A stretch of DNA of 64,000 nucleotides. Origin: Lingula anatina (Eukaryota; Animalia; Brachiopoda). The stretch is taken from NCBI GenBank assembly GCA_051362555.1, contig CM120646.1, forward strand, positions 4,092,001-4,156,000, given 5' to 3'. The notes under the pieces were generated by a model. It did no database searches, was not told where the DNA came from, and saw only the letters and a list, made by a program, of their open reading frames with translations. Below, piece by piece: positions 34,160 to 45,700 of the stretch (positions within the stretch are counted from its first letter, which is position 1; the number at the start of each line of letters is the position of its first letter). The position numbers and the translations under genes were made by a program.

Positions 34160-36703
34160 TTAGACTCCCTGTAATTTGATGACAAAATTAAATATGCACA
34201 TTTTGGACTCCCTGTACCCCCAAATCCTAGGGAAGCCCCCGAACCTTCTTAAAGTCGGTTTCTGTTTAGTTTATACCAGCAGTGCTTATACCAACAGACA
34301 ATGCCTGGAGCACAGGGTTATTCTGAACTCTATACAGATCTCGACAGTCAAGTTCTATCCTTGAAACTCCACACTAGTGGACCAAAGGGGAAATCTGTAA
34401 AGGCAATTTAGCCATGATTCCAGTATTTCGTGCCAATATGTGAATAGTATCTAAATTGGAACACAAAAAACAGTTAAACTAAATTTTATTTGAACAGTCC
34501 TTATAGTACAGTGTCATAGTGCTAAAGCCTGAAATGTTGCGAGATATTTATCAAATTTCATACATATATCTTTCAGCATATACAAAATAAATTCAACATG
34601 GGCAACAAGTCACCGTCAGCAATACCCATCAATGTTAAAATCATGATCTTGAATTATAGGCATACCAAAATGTAATATTGGTGCTAATTGTTATTTGAAG
34701 CAATGGGTAACTTTGATTTTACATAAAAATAATCAAAACACTGTTGCTTAAATAGTGTGCATTAAGTCTGTTTTATCAAATGATTCAAGTAATCATAAAT
34801 TTAGACTTTTAGTCTTGTGCTTTTTTCTGTACAAAATATCCTTAAATGGACTACTTTTCCCACCTTACATTGTAAGAACACTTTAGGATATTGTATCAAT
34901 GACTTTGGCTTTTAAATGTTCAGACATATTGATAAAAATGGCTTTCTAAATTGGAAACATCAGAATTTTCCTGACCTAGAAATGAACTTATTTCACAAAA
35001 GAGATTGTTTTAATTTGAATTATTTTATGAGCTACTAACAAAATTGTATTACAAGTAAGATAAGGAGCATGCTTAAGTATATAAATACTGCCTTGTTTCA
35101 ATTCCTGCACAAAATATTTGTGGATGAAACATGCACATGACACTATGTACTGTAAACAAGGGGGGAGGGGGGGATATTATTTCAGGGACTGCTTGCATGT
35201 TTGAGTTGCACGTGACTTCAGGGTTATATCTGAAATATCAAATTCACAAAAGTGATGTAATGAAGGAATTTAAGAACATGAGGAAGGAAAATGTACCCCT
35301 AATGACCTATTGTTCATTTCAAAATTTTATGTATTATTATTCAGTCAGGAATTCCAGAACTGGTACAATGATACTTAAGGAAAGTTGTTACTTGGAAATA
35401 CACGTGCTCAAAACGAATGAAAAGTTTTTGGGAGAAAGTTAAATCCCACTACAATTGCTTCATTTACTGAAAAATAGTGTCTAATATCAAATATTATGTC
35501 CATACTCATTAAAACTCATTAAATCATCAAGCATATGTATAATTTGTTATTTCAACATAGCAATATCTAGGAACAAATACATGCCAAAGTACAGACACAA
35601 TGTTAACTAAGTTTTGATAAAAATACTACGCAGCAAGTTACTGCTTTGTTATACACTTTCTAACCTAAAACTGAACATTTTACACAACGTAACGCGTAAA
35701 ACAATAAAGACATTTAATGTGCTAAACAATAAACAGCTTTCTGATAACTAAAAATCAAATGATATATCTGTTTATTTAAAATGCTAAATAATGTATCTTC
35801 TGGCAAAAAACTGCTTACTGTTGCACTGACAACAAACTTTACAAAAAGAGAGTAAATGTTGGCAGGAAAATCTCAGCTCAAATATAACTATCAGAATAAA
35901 CACAAAATGGTAAATAGTGCACATCTGCATCAATGTCCATATTTATAAAGATAATATTCTGATATATAAAGATAGCGCCAAACTAGTGCATTTATGTACA
36001 AATCATGCATGAACCTATCAAGCGTGTCCACAGACCCAAACAGCTTTCTTTGGACCTCATTACTTTATTTATCTAGGCAAAACCGAAAAAAAAAAAATTT
36101 TTTTTTCACTAAACAATTTACATGTAGGATATGTAGTGTACTAATGGTATTATACAAAAGATTGTTTCTTTTAAGGAAAACAAATATTATTACACTACAG
36201 AAAGAAATGCAGTCAACTGATAAATATTGCCATTGAAAGCAAAAAACTTTATATACAGGTTTGTGTTAAACAATAAAACTTAATGGCATATATTCCATAT
36301 CTGACACTTGGCAAAGAGAACACTACATACCTAAATACATGATCATAACAAGTATCATAATATTTGGTTATATAAATGCTAAGTACCATTTTTAAAATTT
36401 GCAATTTATTTACAAACAATTAAATCTGCAGGACCTCTTCAGTCAGTTATAACAAAGCATAGGTGTATAATTTTAGGAAAAAATATACAAACGTCTCAAA
36501 TTCACCAAAACAGAGCACATGAACATTTTTTCGAAAATAACTTGGGCACTTCTCTAAGTACACAAGCACAGAATTACACAGTATGCATCCTACCAATACC
36601 ATAGCAGTAACTGTGGCAAAACAAAAACAAATATCTCACAAAAAATACAGTTTATATATATGATCCAAGTCATTGGCTTTGATAGCCCTTTTTCTAAATC
36701 AAA

Positions 36704-39700
36704 TTATGCAAAGTGCTGCTGCTCCAAGTGTTGACCGTAATGCTGCATCGCAGGGTGCATCATGTGCTGCTGTTGCATGCCTGGCGTGATGTTCATGCCG
36801 AGAGTGTCCGCAGCAACGACATTACAGCTGTAGTACGTAGGGGGAGGAGGGGCCTGCATACCTCCGCCGTACACTGACTGGGGCATTTCATAAGACTGGG
36901 AAGAGGGGTCCATTCGCCGTGCAGTTGGCTTCCCACTGAGAATATTTACGATCTGTGAAACAAACAGAAAATTAAAGAGATGTTGATATTTGTGTAGGCA
37001 CATGTATACTTGAGGGATGTTCTATCAACTGTTAAAACCTTGTTATTCCTTTGCTTAATTTATTGGGAGTATTTAACAGTGAGCTTAAAGTAAACAATCC
37101 TATGATAACAAGTTGCTGTCTTCATGAAGTAAGACTGCGCAAAATATTTCCCCATTTTTTTTAACCATTTACTGATCAATTAACTTACTTGATTTCATTC
37201 TTTTTATTTGTTTTTTCTTTTTTCAATTTTCTTTCCACTCTCAAAAAGTTTAATTTTTATGCTAATACTGCTTATTACACTATGAAATCCGAAAGCATCC
37301 AAGCCTCACCTCCTCGTTATGATTAAACACCAAGTCTTTCGGTTTGTTCTTCTCGTGATTCTTCTCATTGGGGTCAGCACCCTTGTTCATGAGCAGACGG
37401 ATCATTCTCTTGTGCGTGTCAACATCTGGCATCTGCAAACCTGTAAGATGAAGAAACCATGTCAGTTAGTCCACTGCCATTTTTAGATTCACATTTAGCA
37501 AATACCATAATTATAAGGCAAAGATACCTAGCCAAATAAAAGACTTAAAGGTAAAATCTAAATTAAATAAAAACTGAAGCTGGTCTTGAAATGATGTCAA
37601 TGTACAAAACTGCTTTTTCTAAAAATGTAATGATTTCTTCCAATGGCTTAAGTAAAATGTCTGTCCAATTGTGAAAAAATGTTCAGTTGGTTTGCTGCTA
37701 TATCTGCTACCATTCAATTTGAACTCCATTTTACCATCTTTCAAATAGTAAATCTTTAAAGGTATAGAATGATCACAATTATACTGCTGCAAAATGGTTT
37801 TCTTCACATAGCTGAAAAGTTTTTGTCTCATTTCATTGATTAAGTGAGATGATTTATGACCTCACCTGCTGCTATGTGTAAACATGTGTTCTCATCAAAG
37901 GCTTTGATTTTAAGGATCTGATCACTGCCTTTTATCTCTAACATCTTTTTCACCAGGTCGACGTCTTTCGACTCGATGGCATAGTGCAGAGGGGTCTTCC
38001 CGCTCTTTCCATCCTAAAGAGACATTAACAACACGATCATTAGCCGAGATTTACTACTATAAGAGAAAATAACACTGGGCTTATATACAGTCAAACTAAA
38101 GACAAAACCATCAGCAGGATTCCAAATAAATATGAAACTTATTTTCATGAATATCCCTTAATATTTATACTCCTGATGAATAATTTCAGTAAATAAATGA
38201 AACTATCTCTTCTTCCAACAGTTACATGGAGTATTGTCCTCACAATATATAAATATATCACAAAAATTGCACATTTTTAAAACTGCTTATCAATGATCAT
38301 GTTGGTCAAATGCCTCAAATTTAAATAGATCTGTCTTGTGTTGTCAAATGCATTTTTCGTCTTCTTATTATTATTATTATGACTGTTCTTTTGCTTACCA
38401 CAACATCCATCTTTGCTCCCCTATTTATCAAGCATGTGATAATGTCAATGCTATCAATTTCCTGTCGGGTCTCGGGGTCAATCTTCTTATGTCCCGCTGC
38501 TGCACAGTGGAGAGCAGTTAAACCTAAAGAAGAACAGAAACTCAAATAATTAATTGCAAACTATTAAAACTAAAATCTAAAGCCTTCTCCGAGAATTTTT
38601 AGCCACTACCCACAACCTTGATCATCACTTTGACTTGGAAACTGATTTTTTTTTAAATGAAAACACCTGTTCAAAATGTTATTGTAGAAACATGTTGTCA
38701 TGAAAAGCACAGTGATTTTCAAATTTACCCAAATTGCACTATTCATCAAATTTCAGGTAAAAATAAATTTGCACTATTCATCAAATTTCAGGTAAAAACT
38801 AGAGGATCAGAGAGGCGATACCGCCTCCGAATATTGTACCACCAGCTGGAGCAAGCGCATTCGTATAGACCCCCACATACACAAAATAAGGGGTGCAGCC
38901 ACCAGTCTTGTGCTTGACAAGCTGTAAAAATGCAATCAACAAGAATTTTCAAAATATGCAAAAAATATATATAACTAAAAATGGTGCAATCAAAGTTAAG
39001 TTCATTGTAAGGTAGGTCAAAGGTCAATTTCAAGGTCACAGTAAATTGCCAGTATATGACTTCCTATCCAACTTCAATAGTAACTATGGACCTATCTCTG
39101 CCAGTTTTGGAGATAAAAGGGAAGCAAAATTTGCAAAGTTCAGTTCATGGTGAAAAGTAGGTCAAAGGTCAATTTCAAGGTCACAGTAAGATTGCCAGTA
39201 TATGACTTCCTATTCAACTTCAATAGTAACTATGGACCTATCTCTGCCAGTTTTGGAGATAAAAGGGAAGCAAAATTTGCAAAGTTCAGTTCATGGTGAA
39301 AAGTAGGTCAAAGGTCAATTTCAAGGTCACATTTAGATTGCCAGTATATGACTTCCTATTCAACTTCAATAGTAACTATGGACCTATCTCTGCCAGTTTT
39401 GGAGATAAAAGGGAAGCAAAATTTGCAAAGTTCAGTTCATGGTGAAAAGAAGGTCAAAGGTCAATTTCAAGGTCACAGTAAAATTGCCAGTATATGACTT
39501 CCTATGCAAGTTCAATAGTAACTATGGACCTATCTCTGCCAGTTTTGGAGATAAAAGGGAAGCAAATTTTGCAAAGTTCAGTTCAAGGTGAAAAGTAGGT
39601 CAAAGGTCAATTTCAAGGTCACAGTAAAATTGCCAGTATATGACTTCCTATTCAAGTTCAATAGTAACTATGGACCTATCTCTGCCAGTTTTGGAGATAA

Positions 39701-42700
39701 AAGGGAAGCAAAATTTGCAAAGTTCAGTTCATGGTGATAAGTAGGTCAAAGGTCAATTTCAAGGTCACAGTAAGATTGCCAGTATATGACTTCCTATTCA
39801 ACTTCAATAGTAACTATGGACCTATCTCTGCCAGTTTTGGAGATAAAAGGGAAGCAAAATTTGCAAAGTTCAGTTCATGGTGAAAAGAAGGTCAAAGGTC
39901 AATTTCAAGGTCACAGTAAAATTGCCAGTATATGACTTCCTATGCAAGTTCAATAGTAACTATGGACCTATCTCTGCCAGTTTTGGAGATAAAAGGGAAG
40001 CAAAATTTGCAAAGTTCAGTTCATGGTGAAAAGTAGGTCAAAAGTCAATTTCAAGGTCACATTTAGATTGCCAGTATATGACTTCCTATTCAACTTCAAT
40101 AGTAACTATGGACCTATCTCTGCCAGTTTTGGAGATAAAAGGGAAGCAAAATTTGCAAAGTTCAGTTCATGGTGAAAAGAAGGTCAAAGGTCAATTTCAA
40201 GGTCACAGTAAAATTGCCAGTATATGACTTCCTATGCAAGTTCAATAGTAACTATGGACCTATCTCTGCCAGTTTTGGAGATAAAAGGGAAGCAAATTTT
40301 GCAAAGTTCAGTTCAAGGTGAAAAGTAGGTCAAAGGTCAATTTCAAGGTCACAGTAAAATTGCCAGTATATGACTTCCTATTCAAGTTCAATAGTAACTA
40401 TGGACCTATCTCTGCCAGTTTTGGAGATAAAAGGGAAGCAAAATTTGCAAAGTTCAGTTCATGGTGATAAGTAGGTCAAAGGTCAATTTCAAGGTCACAG
40501 TAAGATTGCCAGTATATGACTTCCTATTCAACTTCAATAGTAACTATGGACCTATCTCTGCCAGTTTTGGAGATAAAAGGGAAGCAAAATTTGCAAAGTT
40601 CAGTTCATGGTGAAAAGTAGGTCAAAGGTCAATGTCAAGGTCACAGTAAGATTGCCAGTATATGACTTCCTATTCAACTTCAATAGTAACTATGGACCTA
40701 TCTCTGCCAGTTTTGGAGATATAAGGGACTAAATGTTATAATTTTGGAGTTACCATAATGTGCCATAAATTTCCTACAGAAAAAATTAATTAAAATAAAG
40801 AAAAGGTCATTTTGGTCAAAGTTCTTGAAATGGGAGGTTCTCTGAAGTTGCAGAAGTTTAAATTTGATAAAATAATGTCATTTTTGACCACAAGTTGTCT
40901 GCTTTGCCAAGCATTATGTTTTATTTTTCCGGAGTTCAAAATTTATTATCCATTACCGTACTGCACATTTTTACGGAAGCCGACTGGTGCCATATGTTGA
41001 AAAAAAAAATTATCTCGAAATTTCGAGATAGCATTTTTTTTGTTCAAATTTCAAAATACTATCTCGAAATTTCGAGATAAATTTTTTTGCTCAAATATCA
41101 AAATGCTATCTCGAAATTTCGAGATAATTTTTTTTTTGTTCAAATTTCAAAATGCTATCTCGAAATTTCGAGATAAAAATTTTTTTTGTTCAAATTTCAA
41201 AATAGTATCTCGAAATTTCGAGATAATTTTTTTTTCTACATATGACACCAGTCGGCTTCCGTACATTTTCCTTTCACCACCAATATGTACTTTCTGATAC
41301 AGCGTAACTCGAAAACCGTATGGAATACAAAAAAACCGAGACCACCTTCAGTGTTGGGCTTTACATGCTCTACAAAATGCAAAAAAGAATGGGTCTCTAG
41401 CATTAACGGTTCCCGAATTAGAGACAGTTTTCAGTTTCGGTATCTTATGGCCGCTACTCCTGTGAAAATGCACCGATTGACCCCAAATTCACGGAGATGA
41501 AAGATGACCTGAAGGGTAACACTTTCCAATAATATTATTGGTTAAGTCTGTGTGGCGTCTGAATAACAGGGCAAAAAAATTTTTTTTCGTAAAAAATTTC
41601 ATTTTTTTGAAAATTTTGACCCATTTGACCTTGAAGTAAAGGTCAAAGGTCAAATCCGAGGGTATATTTGAAATCTACACATATGACTTTTGGAAAGCCG
41701 TCTATAGAAATTTTTCCCGTAACTCCTTCTGTAGGGTAGATAATTAGCATTTAATTTTGCCATTTTTAGACAAGGGTGCATTGCAATGAGTGCCACACCC
41801 AGACCCCAATACCGACAAAGCCCAAATTTTACGTGGAACGAGTTGAGATTATAGGTGACCTAAATCCATGAGATGGGTACGGGAGCCCTTACCGTCTAGG
41901 AGGAGAAGCGGTAACGGTAACATGGCGGCGGAGCCGGCGGAACGGACCGGACGGGACCGAAACCATGTGTACCGCCAGCGCTAACGCTGGTGGTAAATTT
42001 TTTTGTTCAAATTTCAAAATAGTATCTCGAAATTTCGAGATAATTTTTTTTTCTACATATGGCACCAGTGGGCTTCCGTACATTTTCCTTTCACCACCAA
42101 TATGTACTTTTTGATACAGCGTAACTCGAAAACCGTATGGAATACAAAAAAACCGAGACCACCTCCAGTGTTGGGCTTTACATGCTCTACAAAATGCAAA
42201 AAAGAATGGGTCTCTAGCATTAACGGTTCCCGAATTAGAGACAGTTTTCAGTTTCGGTATCTTATGGCCGCTACTCCTGTGAAAATGCACCGATTGACCC
42301 CAAATTCACGGAGATGAAAGATGACCTGAAGGGTAACACTTTCCAATAATATTATTGGTTAAGTCTGTGTGGTGTCTGAATAACAGGGCAAAAAATTTTT
42401 TTTTCGTAAAAAATTTCATTTTTTTGAAAATTTTGGCCCATTTGACCTTGAAGTAAAGGTCAAAGGTCAAATCCGAGGGTATATTTGAAATCTACACATA
42501 TGACTTTTGGAAAGCCGTCTGTAGAAATTTTTCCCGTAACTCCTTCCGTAGGGTAGATAATTAGCATTTAATTTTGCCATTTTTGGACAAGGGTGCATTG
42601 CAATGAGTGCCACACCCAGACCCCAATACCGACAAAGCCCAAATTTTACGTGGAACGAGTTGAGATTATAGGTGACCTAAATCCATGAGATGGGTATGGG

Positions 42701-45700
42701 GGGCCTTACCGTCTAGGAGGAGAAGCGGTAACGGTAGCCGTCCGGCGGAGCCGGCGGAGCCGGCGGAGCCGGCGGAGCCGGCGGAACGATCCGGACGAGA
42801 CCGAAACCATGTGTACCGCCAGCGCTAACGCTGGTGGTACAATAAATTTACTGGATGGATACATACTGGCTAGCTATGATATGCAGAACATAACTGACAA
42901 GCCATTGTGATAACTTGTACAGCCTATTGAATACTAATTACATTTATTGGAACATATTTCAAACCCAATTATTAAAATGTCACAGCATAACCTTATTAAG
43001 TATCTTAATCCCTACCTTCAGAGTTTTTAGCGTCCAAATTAAGCCACTGGTTGCGCAGTAGTATCTGAATGGTGGCCAAATCTCCGCACCCGGCGGCCAC
43101 ATGTAGCGGACCTCTGCTCTCCAGGGACTTCGTACCATTAGTCACGATGCGCGCCTGCAAATTAGGATCAGCGCCCTGACTGAGCAGCATCTCCACAACT
43201 TGTGGTTGCCTAGTTACCGTTGCCAGGTACAATGCAGTCTGATCCATTTTGTTCTTCATGTTCATTACTACTTGTAGGGTATCTTCTCTGGTTATTCTCT
43301 CCAGCAGGGCCTTAACGAGATGGGGGTCCTTCTGGCACACAGCTATGTGCAAATATCTGGAACAGAGATTCATACTTTGAAAAACAATGTAAGAAACCTA
43401 ACGACTTTAATTGCCTTGGTAAAAGATCCATCTCTAGTTTTTCTTTTAGTCATATAAAATAGTCAAATCTTACCTTCCGAAAATTTTACAAGTAACAATC
43501 CTAAGGCACAAGCAAAATAACTTAAATTGATGTCACAGAGTAATGCAAAATAAAATGTAGTTTGTATAGATCCACAAATTTAATACCTTTCAAGCCAGCA
43601 GAAAAGTGGCATGAAATAGTCACCACTATAATAGAAAAATGCAACTTTTTTATTATTACAAGTATAAAAAATTTCACTCACGTGTCTCCGTCCTCATCTT
43701 GAGCTGTGATTTCTGCACTTTTCATGTTGGCCACGCATCTCCTTGCGATCAACAGTTTCTGGGGGGTTCCTCCAGGGGTGGTGGGGGTGGGGGGCAGGCT
43801 GGACCCAAACTGCGTCACAGGGGTGGGGGCACCTGGTGAAGTAAACTTACTGTGTAATTCACAAAATCTGATACTGCACTTAAGTTCCTAATATCTCCAC
43901 TAAGTTTTCACTAAATTTTAAACTTAAGGTCTCTTTCTGGCACCAGCCAAGTTAAAGGGATAATAACTCTTCGTATGAGATCTATATTTCACAATAAAAA
44001 CATTGTAAATAACTCATAGAAATATAATATATTCTGTTTTACGACAAAAACAGCAGTTATAGCAATTATTCTGATATCTGAGCTTGTCTTCAGATCACGT
44101 GACCTCCATTGATGTCTATACTCTGTTATAATCTCTTAAGAGATTTTAACAAAAAACCAAACTTTTTAGAAAAAAACCAGGGACTAACTTTGAATGTAAA
44201 AATGAATTTATTAACCATTGGTAAGTATGGGAAAATTGTTGTTTACTCCAGGAAAATTCATTTTTTGGCCAAAACGAAGAGTTATTATCCCTTTAACTTC
44301 TCACGTATGATATCTGATACTACATTTAAATTCTTAACTTCTCTGCTAAGGTTTCAATAGATTCTGAACACTCGCCAATTTAGACAAATGCTTAAACCGA
44401 TTTAAATTGGCTAAACAAAATAGGGTTGATTTGATTTGATTTGACTAACAGTTTAAGTGTTGGTGAAGTCCCTTTTCACGCATCATTAGTTCAATAACAT
44501 TGTTCAATTTTCCAAACTTCACTTTACAAATCACAAACTGTGGCAACTGATAACTGTGAAACTCACCAATATTTAAACGTGGTGGGGGCTGCTTGGAGCA
44601 CCCTGGTACGGGCGGCACCTTGAATACGCCATCTTGCTGAGATGGTTTGAAAGATCCAGCCTGGAACATGGAGGAAAAATTTCACCATAGAATCAGAGGT
44701 AAATGGACTCAAGTCTTTCACACGACCAGTTTTTATTCACAGCAATGTGATTTGACTGTATGTTAATTTATCTTACATAAAAAAATACATTGGGATTTTG
44801 GTTAAAAAATGTAAGTTAATGTTTTTTTTAATTAAAACATATTTTGTAAATTTTTTTTTCCCTAGGACTAAGGCCATGACCATATTACTGACTAGACTGT
44901 AACCTTGGAAATATCATATCCAGCATATTTCTCGGTATCAATTATTTTATGTTCCCTTCCTACAAAGTTGTTAACTACCATTGAAAGAATCACATAAACT
45001 ACCAAGAACTGGTAAATCAAGGGATAAATGCATGAAAATCAAACAAAACATTTCTGGAATCTCAAGTGCAATGGAATGAACTTCCGATGTTTTTGAAAAA
45101 TATTGAACTTAACTTATTATCACTGTTGTCACGTGTCAGTCTTACACGTTGATGCGTGGCAGTCTTACACGTTTATGAATCAAAGAAGGTTCTACTTACA
45201 GTAGTGGTAGCCACAGCAGGCTTGACTGCAGACATTGTGGAGGGAGGGGAACCACAGCCCATCTGCCCCTGTGCTGGGCTGCCGCTCACACTGCCCCCTA
45301 CACTCTGGGGGGACGCCGGCTTGGGGGCTAATTTAGGGAGCTTCTTACCGCCTGGAATATAATGTTGAATACGCCACATTAATGACCAATTTATAAGTTC
45401 ATTTAAACAAGAAAATAAAGAAAATTTATGAGCCTTACCTAATACAAAAAGTTAGAATTCCACATGATTAATATTTGAATCACAAGAAGTTTTTCACTTT
45501 TGAAAACCTTCAAAACACAAATTCTTCTCATTTAAAAGAGAAAAATGAACATAACAGCCAAAACTGATATATATATACAGCAGAAAATGTTATAAATAAT
45601 TCAAATGAAAAATGTGAAACACAATTTTTCACTTTTGAATATGTTAATAACATAGATTAAATTTCAGAAGAAAATTTAAGTCCAAAAGAGACATTTCAGT

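Larger units (their letters stand above)
38798..42844 (-). mobile_element. Helentron-associated non-autonomous element (HINE/DINE-like) with internal satellite
   Basis: 15-bp subterminal inverted repeat TATTGTACCACCAGC (38832-38846) / GCTGGTGGTACAATA (42830-42844), 5' hairpin 42813-42840, (GGCGGAGCC)n microsatellite, central tandem array, 3' stem-loop GAGGCG-ATAC-CGCCTC at 38812-38827, and a CTAGT end in a T-run. Confidence 0.85.

Noticed and set aside
39014-41263. CRISPR-like array
   Set aside because: The units are near-identical tandem repeats without unique spacers, there are no cas genes, and the context is a eukaryotic intron.
41040-42317. Repeated ORFs (MFKFQN.., MYFLIQRN..)
   Set aside because: They are artefacts of the MITE palindromes and the 0.82-kb duplication.
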